From Alphaproteobacteria bacterium (lineage in GTDB: Bacteria > Pseudomonadota > Alphaproteobacteria > Micavibrionales > UBA2020), in the NCBI GenBank assembly GCA_046314385.1, contig JBKBWZ010000001.1:863991-927990 (forward strand): a stretch of DNA of 64,000 nucleotides. Reading direction: 5' to 3'. The notes beneath the pieces are model-generated. The model did not search any database. It was given only the letters and a program-made list of their open reading frames with translations, and had not been told where the DNA came from. The position numbers were made by a program, and so were the translations under genes. Shown one piece after another: positions 1-9,933 of this stretch. Position 1 is the first letter of the stretch. Each line of letters opens with the position of its first letter.

Positions 1-1
1 T

Positions 2-268
2 AAATTCGACAACAATTTCTCCGTCAGCCTCCTCGCCGTTGACAAGGCCGAACGCGGCAAGGGTCTCGGCCAGCACCTGATGCAACACGCCGAAGATTTT
101 ATGCGCCGTGAATGGCTGGACGGCAAAAAAACCTATATCAGCCTCGAAGACGAAACGCGCCGCGACAACCCCGGCTCCCGCTTTTACGAAAGACTCGGGT
201 ATGAGGAATGGCCGGATATGACCGGCAGCAGCGGGCAGCCTTTGATGTATAAGTGGCTGAATCCTTAA
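2..268 (+). CDS. GNAT-family N-acetyltransferase, C-terminal fragment (5' end outside window)
   Basis: Frame is open from position 2. It contains the acetyl-CoA motif region LLAVDKAERGKGLGQHLM followed by FYERLGY. Confidence 0.7.
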   Translation, partial: KFDNNFSVSLLAVDKAERGKGLGQHLMQHAEDFMRREWLDGKKTYISLEDETRRDNPGSRFYERLGYEEWPDMTGSSGQPLMYKWLNP

Positions 269-327
269 AAATTCGGTTTTTTACCTTTATTTTTTGGATT
301 TTTGGCCTGTTTCCAGGCAAAAAATGC

Positions 328-356
328 TTGCGAAAAGGGGCTTTCAGGCCTATAAC
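328..356 (+). promoter_or_regulatory. Sigma70-like promoter candidate upstream of rimP (TTGCGA-N17-TATAAC)
   Basis: TTGCGA at 328-333, a 17-nt spacer, and TATAAC at 351-356, about 100 nt upstream of the rimP ATG. Confidence 0.4.
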
Positions 357-380
357 ACTGCTAAATCCCAAGCATTATAA

Positions 381-411
381 AAAGGGTGGGCTCGAAAGAG
401 CCCGCCCTTTT
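381..411 (+). terminator. Rho-independent hairpin plus T-tract (GNAT terminator or rimP-nusA leader attenuator)
   Basis: GGGTGGGCTC-GAAA-GAGCCCGCCC followed by TTTT. It lies downstream of the candidate promoter and upstream of rimP. Confidence 0.6.
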
Positions 412-457
412 GCTTGAGAAACACTCAGGCAAGAACGACAAGAACAACGACGAGCAC

Positions 458-1123
458 ATGGAACAAGGCACGCTGACAAAAAAAATCGAACGCACCATTG
501 CCCCTATGGCACAAACCATGGGCTATGACATTGTGCGGGTTTTAATGCTTGGCGCCGGTACCTCCCGCCCGACGTTGCAGATCATGGCGGAGCGTCCGGA
601 CGGCACGATGCTGATCGATGATTGCTCCCGTTTGTCGCAGGCGGTTTCTGCCTTGCTTGACGTTGAAAATCTGATTGAAGAAGCCTATGTGCTCGAAGTC
701 AGCTCGCCCGGCATCGACCGCCCGCTGACACGCCTCAAGGATTTTGAGCGTTATACAGGCTTCGAGACACGCATCGAAATGCATACGCCCCAAGACGGCC
801 AGCGCAAATTCAAAGGCATCCTGCGCGGCATAGACGGCGACCTGATTTTGCTGGAACAGGAAAACGGCACAACCGCCCGCCTGCCCTTTGGCGAGCTGGA
901 CAAGGCCAAGCTGATATTGACCGATGAATTGATACGCGCCGCGATGAAGGCCGAAAAAGACTCCAAGAAAAAGCGTCTTGAAGCCGGCGAAGAGCTGGAC
1001 GAAGACTTCGACATCGAAGAAGAAGATGAAGAGGCCGAAGAAACCGACGCCAAAAAACCAAAACACAAAACGCCAAGCCCTAAAAAGAACCCGAAAAACA
1101 AAAAGAAAACCGGCAGCAAATAA
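458..1123 (+). CDS. rimP: Ribosome maturation factor RimP with a long acidic/Lys-rich C-terminal tail
   Basis: LEVSSPGIDRPLTR motif and position directly upstream of nusA. The ATG at 458 is preferred because the longer ORF (386) would overlap the hairpin. Confidence 0.85.
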   Translation: MEQGTLTKKIERTIAPMAQTMGYDIVRVLMLGAGTSRPTLQIMAERPDGTMLIDDCSRLSQAVSALLDVENLIEEAYVLEVSSPGIDRPLTRLKDFERYTGFETRIEMHTPQDGQRKFKGILRGIDGDLILLEQENGTTARLPFGELDKAKLILTDELIRAAMKAEKDSKKKRLEAGEELDEDFDIEEEDEEAEETDAKKPKHKTPSPKKNPKNKKKTGSK

Positions 1124-1173
1124 TATCGCCGCCTGACAGAAACAGAGAAACAGGACAAAACAGGAAAACAACG

Positions 1174-2706
1174 ATGCAAGAACTCCTTCAAGTAGCTGAT
1201 GCCGTCGCCCGCGAAAAGAACATCGACAAAGACGTCGTGATCGTCGCCATGGAAGAAGCCATCCAGAAAGCCGGACGTTCCAAATACGGATACGACCACG
1301 ACATCCGCGCCATGATCGACCGCCGCACCGGCGAGATTTCCCTGTTCCGCTACCGCGAAGCCGTCGAAGCTTTCGATCCTGAAAATCCGGAAGCCGAAGC
1401 ACGTTCTATCTTGCTGAAAGACGCCAAGAAAATTCAAAAAGACATCGAACTGGGCGGCTTCATCATCGACAAACTGCCACCGCTGGATTTCGGCCGTATC
1501 GCCGCACAGACCGCCAAGCAGGTCATCTTCCAGAAAGTGCGCGATGCCGAGCGCGAGCGCATGTTCGAAGAATATCAGGACCGCGTGGGCGAAATCGTTT
1601 CCGGCGTTGTCAAACGCGTCGAATACGGTAACGTCACCATCGATCTGGGTCGCGGCGAAGGCTACATGCGCCGTCAGGATGCCCTGCCGCGCGAACATTT
1701 CAAAACCGGCGACCGCGTGCGCGCTTATATCTATGACGTACGCCGCGAACAGCGCGGCCCGCAGATTTTCATCAGCCGCACGCACCCCGACTTCCTCGCC
1801 AAGCTGTTTAAACAGGAAGTACCGGAAATCTACGACGGCGTGATTGAAATCAAAGCTGTTGCACGCGACCCCGGCTCCCGCGCGAAAATCGCTGTTATTT
1901 CACGCGACAGCTCCATCGACCCTGTCGGCGCTTGCGTCGGTATGCGCGGCTCCCGCGTTCAGGCTGTTGTGGGCGAATTGCAAGGCGAGAAAATCGACAT
2001 CATTCCTTGGACGCAGGACGTTGCAACTTTTGTCGTCAATGCCCTCGCCCCCGCCGAAGTCACCAAGGTCGTTCTGGACGAAGACAGCAACCGCCTTGAC
2101 GTTGTTGTGCCCGACGACCAGCTGAGCCTGGCCATCGGCCGCCGCGGCCAGAACGTACGTCTTGCCACCCAGCTGTCCGGTTGGAACATCGACATCATGA
2201 CCGAAGCCGACGAAAGTGAACGCCGCCAGACGGAATTCAAAACCCGCTCTTCGCTGTTCATGGAAGCGCTGGACGTCGACGAAGTCATCGCTCACCTGCT
2301 GGTGATCGAGGGCTTTACCTCTATCGAAGACATCGTTGAAACATCGATTGACGAACTGGCACGCATCGAAGGCTTCGACGGCGACGTCGCCGCCGAACTG
2401 AACAACCGCGCCGCCAACTTCCTTGCTGCCAAGAAGATCGAGTTTGAAAAAACCGCCAAAGAACTGGGCATCAGCAGCGAACTTTCCGGCGTTGCCGGCC
2501 TGACGCATGACATGATCCTGGCGCTTGGCAAAAACAACGTCAAGACAATGGACGACCTGGGCGACCTCGCCGGTGATGAACTGCGCGAAATCGTCGGCAT
2601 GGATGTGCTGACCGAAAGCCAGGCCAACAATATCATTATGACGGCACGCGCCGGCTGGTTCACCGAAGAGGAAGAACAAGCCGCTGCGGAAGCCGCCAAC
2701 GGGTAA
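1174..2706 (+). CDS. nusA: Transcription termination/antitermination factor NusA
   Basis: 510 aa with N-terminal, S1 and KH regions ([26 protein letters not shown]) and rimP-nusA-infB synteny. Confidence 0.95.
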   Translation: MQELLQVADAVAREKNIDKDVVIVAMEEAIQKAGRSKYGYDHDIRAMIDRRTGEISLFRYREAVEAFDPENPEAEARSILLKDAKKIQKDIELGGFIIDKLPPLDFGRIAAQTAKQVIFQKVRDAERERMFEEYQDRVGEIVSGVVKRVEYGNVTIDLGRGEGYMRRQDALPREHFKTGDRVRAYIYDVRREQRGPQIFISRTHPDFLAKLFKQEVPEIYDGVIEIKAVARDPGSRAKIAVISRDSSIDPVGACVGMRGSRVQAVVGELQGEKIDIIPWTQDVATFVVNALAPAEVTKVVLDEDSNRLDVVVPDDQLSLAIGRRGQNVRLATQLSGWNIDIMTEADESERRQTEFKTRSSLFMEALDVDEVIAHLLVIEGFTSIEDIVETSIDELARIEGFDGDVAAELNNRAANFLAAKKIEFEKTAKELGISSELSGVAGLTHDMILALGKNNVKTMDDLGDLAGDELREIVGMDVLTESQANNIIMTARAGWFTEEEEQAAAEAANG

Positions 2707-2772
2707 CGCCGCCATGTGACCCGCAAAAGCATACTACTTCGACGACCCCCATCAGGAAGGCAACAGACGACA

Positions 2773-5388
2773 ATGGCTGAAAAAGACAAAAAAGAGCCCA
2801 AGAAAGAGCAACCCGCAAAGGAATCCGGCAAACTAACGCTCGGCGCCGGCAAGGGTACGCTCAGCCTGAAGGCACCCGTTTCCGCGGGATCTGCGCGCCA
2901 GAACGTTGCGGTGGGCCGCTCGGCCAAACCGGTCGCTGTCGAGGTAAAAAAGCGCCGCGGCCGCGATGCCGAACAGGCACGCCAGCAAGACGACCAGCAT
3001 GGTGATCTGCATCTGACCGATGCCGAGCGCGAAGCCCGCATCCGCGCCCTGCAACAGGCGCAGCATGCCCCCAAAGACAATACGCCCGCGACGCAGTACC
3101 AGACGCAAATGGTCGTCAAATCCAAACCGGTCGAAGACGAACCTGCCAAACCCGCCGAAGCGGCTGCCGTCAGTGGCAAATCCGCCGGTGAACAGGCACG
3201 CGAACAGGAATTGGCAAAACTGCGCAAGATCAACGAACAGGAAGACCTCGACCGCCGCAAGCGCGACGCCGAAGCGCGCAGCAAACCAGCCGCCGCCGCG
3301 CCAAGCCGCCCGGGCCTTTCTCCTGCCGATGCGCAGGCCGCCGAAAGCCGTGGCCCCGGCCGCGGAAAAGTCGACCATTACGACCGCGAAGCACCGCCGT
3401 CGATTGCCGATGAAATCAACAAAAAACGCGGCGCCCTGTCGCGCTACGGCCAACAACGCCGCCGCAGCACCGCCAAAGTCACCGTTAGTCAGGTATTGAA
3501 CGACGGTTTCGAAGACCGCGATTCCAAGAGCCCGTCTCTCGCCGCGCAGCGCCGCGCGCGCGAACGCATGCGCATGAAAATGCTCAGCGCGCAGCAATCG
3601 CAAAGTAAACAGTACCGCGAAGTGGTCGTCCCCGAAGTCATCACCGTTTCCGAACTGGCCAACCGCATGACCGAACGCGTCGGCGATGTCGTCAAGAAAC
3701 TGATGACCATGGGTATCATGGCCACAGCGACCCAGACCATCGACGCCGATACCGCCGAACTGATCGTGCATGAATTTGGCCATACGCTGAAGCGCGTTTC
3801 GGAATCCGACGTTGAATCCGATATCCTCGGCATTGAAGACGAAGACGATACTCTCGAATTCCGTCCGCCGGTCGTGACCATTATGGGCCACGTTGACCAC
3901 GGTAAAACCTCTTTGCTTGATGCCATTCGTCAGGCAGATGTTGCGGCACATGAATCGGGCGGTATTACCCAGCATATCGGCGCGTACCAGATCACGACGA
4001 GCGGTAACAAGAAAATCACCTTTATCGATACGCCCGGCCACGCCGCCTTTACCGAGATGCGCGCGCGCGGCGCCGACGTCACCGACATCGTTGTTCTGGT
4101 CGTTGCCGCCGACGACAGCGTTATGCCGCAGACAGTCGAGGCGATCAGCCACGCCAAGGCCGCAGGCAAGCCGATGATTATCGCCATCAACAAATGCGAC
4201 TTGCCCACAGCGAACCCGAAAAAAGTGCGCACAGAGCTTTTGCAATACGAAGTCGTTACCGAAGACATGGGTGGCGACAGCCAGAGCGTTGAAGTTTCGG
4301 CCAAATCCAAAATGGGCCTCGACACACTGGAAGAAGCCATCCTGCTGCAGGCAGAAGTTCTCAACCTGCGCGCCAACCCCAACCGCTCCGGTATTGGCGC
4401 GGTCGTTGAATCGCGCATGGAACAGGGCAAAGGCTCGGTGGCGACCGTTCTTGTCCAAAAAGGCACACTCAAGCAAGGTGACGTTTTCGTCAGCGGTATC
4501 GAATGGGGGCGCGTCCGTGCGCTCTATAACGACCGCGGACAGCCGGTAAAAATCGCCCTGCCCGGACAGCCGATCGAAGTCCTCGGCCTCAACGGCACAC
4601 CTGACGCCGGCGACGATTTCGTTGTCGTTTCCGACGAAGCGAAAGCCCGCGAAATTTCCGAATTCCGCCTGCGCCGCAAACGTGCGCTGCATGCCGCGAA
4701 ATCGAAAGGCCGCGCGATTGACCAGATGATCCTCGACATTCAGGCTGGCACGGCGAAGTCCCTGCCCGTCATCATCAAAGGTGATGTGCATGGATCGATC
4801 GAAGCCATTGCCGGTGCGCTGAACAAACTGACCGAAGAGAATATCGAAGTCAAAGTTAACGTCATGCACTCGGGCGTCGGCGCCATCACGGAATCCGACA
4901 TCACGCTTGCGAATGCTTCGGGCGCGCTGATCATCGGCTTTAACGTCCGCGCCAACCCGCAGGCTCGCGATCTGGCCAAGCGCGACGGCGTCGAAATCCG
5001 CTACTATTCGATCATCTACGAAGTCATCGATGAAGTGAAAGCCCTGCTGACGGGTCTGCTGTCGCCGGAACTCAAAGAAAAGTTCATTGGTTATGCAGAA
5101 ATCCGTCAGGTTTTCAACGTCACCAAATACGGCAAGATTGCAGGATGCTTCGTCACCGAAGGTCTCGTCAAACGCGGCGCCAAAGTGCGGCTGCTGCGCG
5201 ACAACGTGGTCATTCACGAAGGTACGCTCAAGACCCTCCGCCGCTTCAAGGATGAAGTCAAGGAAGTGCAAAAGGGTTATGAATGCGGTATGGCCTTCGA
5301 TAACTACGAGGATATCAAGGATGGCGACGTCATTGAGGCATTCGAGATCGAATCCTCGGCTCGTACGCTGGAGGACGGCGCTGCGTAA
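2773..5388 (+). CDS. infB: Translation initiation factor IF-2
   Basis: GTPase motifs [14 protein letters not shown] and NKCD. The start is placed at MAEKDKK; the GTG at 2716 is an alternative. Confidence 0.95.
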   Translation: MAEKDKKEPKKEQPAKESGKLTLGAGKGTLSLKAPVSAGSARQNVAVGRSAKPVAVEVKKRRGRDAEQARQQDDQHGDLHLTDAEREARIRALQQAQHAPKDNTPATQYQTQMVVKSKPVEDEPAKPAEAAAVSGKSAGEQAREQELAKLRKINEQEDLDRRKRDAEARSKPAAAAPSRPGLSPADAQAAESRGPGRGKVDHYDREAPPSIADEINKKRGALSRYGQQRRRSTAKVTVSQVLNDGFEDRDSKSPSLAAQRRARERMRMKMLSAQQSQSKQYREVVVPEVITVSELANRMTERVGDVVKKLMTMGIMATATQTIDADTAELIVHEFGHTLKRVSESDVESDILGIEDEDDTLEFRPPVVTIMGHVDHGKTSLLDAIRQADVAAHESGGITQHIGAYQITTSGNKKITFIDTPGHAAFTEMRARGADVTDIVVLVVAADDSVMPQTVEAISHAKAAGKPMIIAINKCDLPTANPKKVRTELLQYEVVTEDMGGDSQSVEVSAKSKMGLDTLEEAILLQAEVLNLRANPNRSGIGAVVESRMEQGKGSVATVLVQKGTLKQGDVFVSGIEWGRVRALYNDRGQPVKIALPGQPIEVLGLNGTPDAGDDFVVVSDEAKAREISEFRLRRKRALHAAKSKGRAIDQMILDIQAGTAKSLPVIIKGDVHGSIEAIAGALNKLTEENIEVKVNVMHSGVGAITESDITLANASGALIIGFNVRANPQARDLAKRDGVEIRYYSIIYEVIDEVKALLTGLLSPELKEKFIGYAEIRQVFNVTKYGKIAGCFVTEGLVKRGAKVRLLRDNVVIHEGTLKTLRRFKDEVKEVQKGYECGMAFDNYEDIKDGDVIEAFEIESSARTLEDGAA

Positions 5389-5409
5389 ACCCGCCGCCGC
5401 AAACAGCGC

Positions 5410-5862
5410 ATGAAAAACCGTTCCAAATCCGCCAAAAATGCCGGTGCACAGCCGCCCGGACAACGCCAGCTGCGCGTGGGGGAACGTATTCGCCATATTT
5501 TGTCGGATGTGATGCGTCACGGCGGCCTGCGTGACCCCGACTTGCAAAACACTTCGGTCATTACAGTGACGGCGGTCGATATCGGCCCTGACCTGCAAAA
5601 TGCCGTGGCCTATGTTATGCCGCTGGGCGGAGAGAACGCCGATGCCATCGTCGCCGCGCTCAACCGTGCTGCCGGTTTTTTCCGCAGCGAAATGGCCGCA
5701 CAACTGGACTTGCGCTATACGCCCAAGGTGACATTTAAAATCGACCGCAGTTTTGACGAAGCCGCGCATATCGACAAACTTCTTGGCCGCTATGAAGTGC
5801 GTAAGGATACCGGTCAAGACGAAAAAGGCGCCGGCACAGACGACGATAACGAAACGGCCTGA
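5410..5862 (+). CDS. rbfA: Ribosome-binding factor A
   Basis: RVGERIRHILSDVM-type N-terminus, appropriate size, and position between infB and truB. Confidence 0.85.
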   Translation: MKNRSKSAKNAGAQPPGQRQLRVGERIRHILSDVMRHGGLRDPDLQNTSVITVTAVDIGPDLQNAVAYVMPLGGENADAIVAALNRAAGFFRSEMAAQLDLRYTPKVTFKIDRSFDEAAHIDKLLGRYEVRKDTGQDEKGAGTDDDNETA

Positions 5863-5898
5863 GCGCGCCGCCCCTCCAGACAAGAAAAACAAAAATAA

Positions 5899-6831
5899 AT
5901 GGCACGTAATAAAAAAGGCGTTCCCGTTCACGGGTGGCTGAACCTCGACAAACCGCTCGGTCTGACATCCACGCAGGCGATTGGCCGTGTCCGCCGCGTC
6001 ACGAATGCGCAAAAGCTGGGCCATGCCGGTACGCTTGACCCGCTGGCAACCGGTATCCTGCCCATCGCCCTGGGCGAAGCCACCAAGACCATTCCTTATG
6101 CGCAGGATGCCGACAAGCTTTATCGTTTCACGGTGCTCTGGGGTGCGGCAACCGATACGGACGACAAGGAGGGGCAGATCATCGCCACCTCCGACACACG
6201 CCCCACAGCGGCGGCGATCGAGGCACTGCTGCCCCGTTTTACCGGTGACATCATGCAAACCCCGCCCCGTTTTTCGGCGATCAAACTGGACGGCGAACGC
6301 GCCTATGACCTTGCCCGTGCCGGCAAAGACGTCGAGATCAAATCCCGCCCCGTCACGGTTTACGACCTGCAATTGATCGAAACCACTGAAAACGAAGCCG
6401 TTTTCGAGCTGGAATGTAGCAAAGGCACCTATGTCCGCGCGATTGCCCGCGATATGGGGCAGATTTTGGGCTGTTTTGGCCATGTCACGGCGCTGCGGCG
6501 GCTTGCTGTGGGTGGTTTTACCGAAGAAAACGCGATTTCACTGGACGTATTCGAGAAAATGATGCAATCTTCGTCGCCTGATCAGGTTCTGCTGCCTGTG
6601 GAGACCGTGCTGGACGACATCCCGGCACTGGCCATGACAGACGCAGAGATCAGCCGGATAAGACAGGGTCAAACGCTCAAGTTCATCTCTCGTCCCGATT
6701 ACGACCGCCTGATGGTGGCCGGTGTGGACGATACGACGGATCTGGTTTTGGCTCTTGGGGGTAACAAGCCCCTCGCCCTGCTTGAGAAACAGGGGATCGA
6801 GCTTCATCCGATCAAAGTGTTTAACCTCTGA
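5899..6831 (+). CDS. truB: tRNA pseudouridine(55) synthase TruB
   Basis: [13 protein letters not shown] and [16 protein letters not shown] motifs (catalytic Asp), plus synteny. Confidence 0.9.
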   Translation: MARNKKGVPVHGWLNLDKPLGLTSTQAIGRVRRVTNAQKLGHAGTLDPLATGILPIALGEATKTIPYAQDADKLYRFTVLWGAATDTDDKEGQIIATSDTRPTAAAIEALLPRFTGDIMQTPPRFSAIKLDGERAYDLARAGKDVEIKSRPVTVYDLQLIETTENEAVFELECSKGTYVRAIARDMGQILGCFGHVTALRRLAVGGFTEENAISLDVFEKMMQSSSPDQVLLPVETVLDDIPALAMTDAEISRIRQGQTLKFISRPDYDRLMVAGVDDTTDLVLALGGNKPLALLEKQGIELHPIKVFNL

Positions 6832-6847
6832 CTTTATGGAGTATCCG

Positions 6848-7117
6848 ATGTCGATTGCAAAACAAGAGAAATCCGATCTTATTAAAAAATACGCGACCAG
6901 CAGCAAAGACACCGGCTCGCCGGAAGTGCAAATCGCCCTGCTGACCCAGCGCATCAACTCGCTGACCGAGCACATGAAAAAACACAAACACGATATGGGC
7001 AGCCGCCGTGGTCTGTTGCTGCTGGTTTCCCAGCGCCGCCGCCAGCTGAACTACATCAAAAAATCCAACGTCAAACGCTACGAAGCGTTGATCGAAAGCC
7101 TCGGCCTGCGCCGCTAA
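6848..7117 (+). CDS. rpsO: 30S ribosomal protein S15
   Basis: 89 aa reading [15 protein letters not shown]...[28 protein letters not shown]. Confidence 0.95.
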   Translation: MSIAKQEKSDLIKKYATSSKDTGSPEVQIALLTQRINSLTEHMKKHKHDMGSRRGLLLLVSQRRRQLNYIKKSNVKRYEALIESLGLRR

Positions 7118-7138
7118 TCTTTCGATAGAAAGAACAAG

Positions 7139-7172
7139 AAAAACCCGCTGTTATTGCAGCGGGTTTTTTCTT
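7139..7172 (+). terminator. Rho-independent terminator after rpsO
   Basis: AAACCCGCTG-ttattg-CAGCGGGTTT followed by a T-run. Confidence 0.8.
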
Positions 7173-7222
7173 TTTCCCTTTATGCGTTTTGTTTGGCAAA
7201 ATAAAGCCAAGGGAGATACTTC

Positions 7223-7918
7223 ATGCAAAAACCCGATGCGGTTATATTCGATTGGGACGATACCATCGTCGATACATGGCAGGTCGTGCGATCTGCGATC
7301 AACACAACGCTGGAAGCTTTCGGCCATCGCCCGTGGAGCGAAGACGAAGCGCGCAAACGCATCGGCCCGCCCGCCCGCGTCCTGTTCAGCGGGCTGTTTG
7401 GCGAAGACAAATGGCAAGACGCCGATAAAATTTACATAGAGGCTTACAAAGCCCATATCACCGCCCATATCCGCCTGCATGACGGCGCACGCGAAACACT
7501 GGAAAAACTGCATGCCGCCGGTATCCCCATGGCCGTTGTCAGCACCAAACGCGGCGCGCTGCTGCGCACCGAAGCGGCGCAGCTGGGACTGGATAGATTT
7601 TTTATTCGTCTGGTCGGCGCGGGCGATGCCCCTGCGGATAAACCTGACGCTGCCGCTGTTCGCTTTGCGCTTGAAAATACGCAAATAAATCCTTCAAAAA
7701 AGGTTTTATTTATTGGCGATAGCGCAACAGATATGATGACGGCAAAAAATGCAAACTGCACCGGTATTTTGATCGAAACCAAACCACCCGCCGAAGAAAG
7801 CCTCGCCGCGCATCAGCCGCAGCATCGTGTCAAAAATCACGCGCAGCTTGTTGATTTTTTGGAAAAATATTTAGACGCGAAGCCCGCTTGCCCCGCCGCA
7901 CCGCCCGGCCCCCGATAG
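7223..7918 (+). CDS. HAD-superfamily hydrolase (phosphoglycolate phosphatase-like)
   Basis: HAD motif I at FDWDDTIVDT, motif II at VVSTK, and motif III at K...FIGDSATD. Confidence 0.8.
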   Translation: MQKPDAVIFDWDDTIVDTWQVVRSAINTTLEAFGHRPWSEDEARKRIGPPARVLFSGLFGEDKWQDADKIYIEAYKAHITAHIRLHDGARETLEKLHAAGIPMAVVSTKRGALLRTEAAQLGLDRFFIRLVGAGDAPADKPDAAAVRFALENTQINPSKKVLFIGDSATDMMTAKNANCTGILIETKPPAEESLAAHQPQHRVKNHAQLVDFLEKYLDAKPACPAAPPGPR

Positions 7919-7921
7919 CGT

Positions 7922-8341
7922 TTACTGCATAATCCGGATATTGTTTTTCTCGACCGACTGCGGGCGGATCGCCAGTACAACATGGACGCTTTCCGGATAA
8001 ACGCAGCTGTCGCAATCGCGCCCGCTACCCAGAATACGTTCGGCTTCGCGCGGCGCAACAGTCGGTTTAACCGACGCATGCCCCACCATATGCGCCCCTT
8101 TGAAGCAGGAAACATCCATGGTATCCGGCGCGCGGCGCACCATCACGCGGCTGTTGGCTGCCGTGGTATAGCTCATACTGCCCGCTTGCAGAAAACAATG
8201 CGCGCCGGTCACGCCGGGCGTCACAACACTGATAGCCTGATAGTGGCGGCCTTTATCTTCGGCTGCTTTTTGTCCGCCGCCCGCGCAGGCGGAGAGCATA
8301 AAAACAAGCCAGATCAATGCAAAAAATCGTTTATCTATCAT
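7922..8341 (-). CDS. Hypothetical lipoprotein (139 aa)
   Basis: Signal peptide with lipobox LSAC. Its start overlaps the stop of the upstream ORF by 4 nt. No recognisable domain. Confidence 0.6.
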   Translation of the reverse strand: MIDKRFFALIWLVFMLSACAGGGQKAAEDKGRHYQAISVVTPGVTGAHCFLQAGSMSYTTAANSRVMVRRAPDTMDVSCFKGAHMVGHASVKPTVAPREAERILGSGRDCDSCVYPESVHVVLAIRPQSVEKNNIRIMQ

Positions 8342-9204
8342 ACAGCCTTATCCCGCTTGCCTGACTGCAGACGGTTGAAAATCAACATGCCCGCAATCAT
8401 CGCCGCGGAAACAAACAGACAGATCAATATAATGTTCCGGATCACATTGCCGCCGACACTGTCTGCGTTTACGTACAACAGCGTATCTGCATACATCTTT
8501 GCGGTGTCTTTGACAAAATCGACATCAGAGAGCAATTCATAATTGCTGTAATAACTATACACAAGGATCAGCCTGCCCCGCACATTCACAGCCATCATGG
8601 CGACGGCAGCGGGATAGTTTTTTTTGCCCTGCGCGGTTTCGATGGCAAGGCTGGAGAGATTGAGAAAGCCGATATAGTCCTTGGTTTCGACAAAAACGCC
8701 CTGATTACGGCTTTCACCGACTTCCATTTTCATATCGGTTTTGTAGGTCGACCCGATATATTCGGTCGCATCGCGCATCACCTCGCCCACTTCGGGCAGG
8801 TTTTGCGGTGGCAATGCCGCCATTTCCTCGCGGAAAGAGGCCTTGACGGCCGCAAAACGCATATCTCCGTCAAGGAATACGCCCTGTTTGAGGGTCTGAA
8901 CGATGAGATATCTGCGGAACCCCTCGCCGGAGCCTTGCGCCATACGTTCCATATCCGCATCGGAAATATAAAACGCAAGCATCCGGTTGTCCGGCAGCAC
9001 AAATTTTGACATCAGCCGGTCAAACTCGGCGGAGCGCCCCAAAACCTCTTCAAAACCGGGCAAGGCAGGCAGAACGATATCGCGGCCCGCGACAAATTCC
9101 TGCCGCACCCGCTCGGTACCCGCAGAGGCCGCCCAGGGCGCAAGACACACCAGCAGCAGCGCCAGACAAAGAACGATGCCGCCGCGGCCAAGCACCTTAG
9201 CCAC
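8338..9204 (-). CDS. Hypothetical exported protein with C-terminal TM anchor
   Basis: A GTG start at 9204 gives a clean signal peptide (VAKVLGRGGIVLCLALLLVCLAPWAASA) and an 8-nt overlap with the upstream stop. The ATG at 9261 is the alternative. There is a C-terminal hydrophobic helix. Confidence 0.6.
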   Translation of the reverse strand: MAKVLGRGGIVLCLALLLVCLAPWAASAGTERVRQEFVAGRDIVLPALPGFEEVLGRSAEFDRLMSKFVLPDNRMLAFYISDADMERMAQGSGEGFRRYLIVQTLKQGVFLDGDMRFAAVKASFREEMAALPPQNLPEVGEVMRDATEYIGSTYKTDMKMEVGESRNQGVFVETKDYIGFLNLSSLAIETAQGKKNYPAAVAMMAVNVRGRLILVYSYYSNYELLSDVDFVKDTAKMYADTLLYVNADSVGGNVIRNIILICLFVSAAMIAGMLIFNRLQSGKRDKAV

Positions 9205-9907
9205 CGTTTTTTGGCGGGCGTGCGGCTTTGACAGGCTGAGATGTGTTTTGGTTTGCAGCATCGGTTTCTTTCGGGTTGTCGATCTGGAAAAACCGCATCA
9301 GCTTTCCGTCTTCATATTCATAGACGGTTGGCGTCGCATTGGGAATGCGTTTTTTATTCGGATTTGCGCCGCCATCCACCGGAATGGTCTCCGTGCCCAA
9401 TACGAAATCAAAGGCACGCACGATGCCCGCATGGCAGACGACCAAGACATTCTCGCCCCGCTCCAGCTTGGGCAGAACTTCGTTTTCAAAAAAACGTCCG
9501 ACACGCTCCACAACCTGCTTCGGGCTTTCACCGCCCGGCAAGGCTCTGTCATAGGCACGCTGAAACGCGACAATTTCGGGATCTGTCTTGTAATTGCGGC
9601 CGGTAAAATCACCGGCATGAGATTCGATAATGTCCGCATCCTGTACAATATGCCATGTGCCATCGGGCTGTTTGAGATGCGGGTTAGACGTGGTCTGCCC
9701 CAGTGCCAGCGCGGCGGTATTGAATGCGCGCGACAAAGTTGAACTATAGGCATGATCAAACCGCATGCCTTCGATCAGGCGTCCGGCTTCGCGTGCCTGC
9801 TCTTCGCCCAGCGCCGTCAGCGGCACATCGGCCTGCCCGGTCATCAGATGGTTTTTATTATAATCTGTCTGTCCGTGACGGAAGATGACGAGGGTGCCTT
9901 TTTTCAT
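9197..9907 (-). CDS. Histidine phosphatase family protein (GpmB/PGM-like)
   Basis: RHG motif (LVIFRHGQTDYN) and a downstream H in VVCHAGIVRA. The start is at MKKGTL, not the longer ORF. Confidence 0.8.
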   Translation of the reverse strand: MKKGTLVIFRHGQTDYNKNHLMTGQADVPLTALGEEQAREAGRLIEGMRFDHAYSSTLSRAFNTAALALGQTTSNPHLKQPDGTWHIVQDADIIESHAGDFTGRNYKTDPEIVAFQRAYDRALPGGESPKQVVERVGRFFENEVLPKLERGENVLVVCHAGIVRAFDFVLGTETIPVDGGANPNKKRIPNATPTVYEYEDGKLMRFFQIDNPKETDAANQNTSQPVKAARPPKNGG

Positions 9908-9933
9908 GTTTTTCTTCTTTCGTTTTTTAATGT

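Noticed and set aside
386-457. Longer RimP start (GTG at 386)
   Set aside because: It would translate through the terminator hairpin at 381-411. The ATG at 458 gives a normal RimP N-terminus.
2833-6483. 1216-aa minus-strand ORF spanning infB, rbfA and truB
   Set aside because: It is in exact codon register with infB (2773), rbfA (5410) and truB (5899), all of which start at coordinate 1 mod 3. Antisense stops would therefore require sense TTA, CTA or TCA codons, which these genes avoid. The translation is low-complexity Ala/Gly/Arg-rich. This is a codon-bias artefact.
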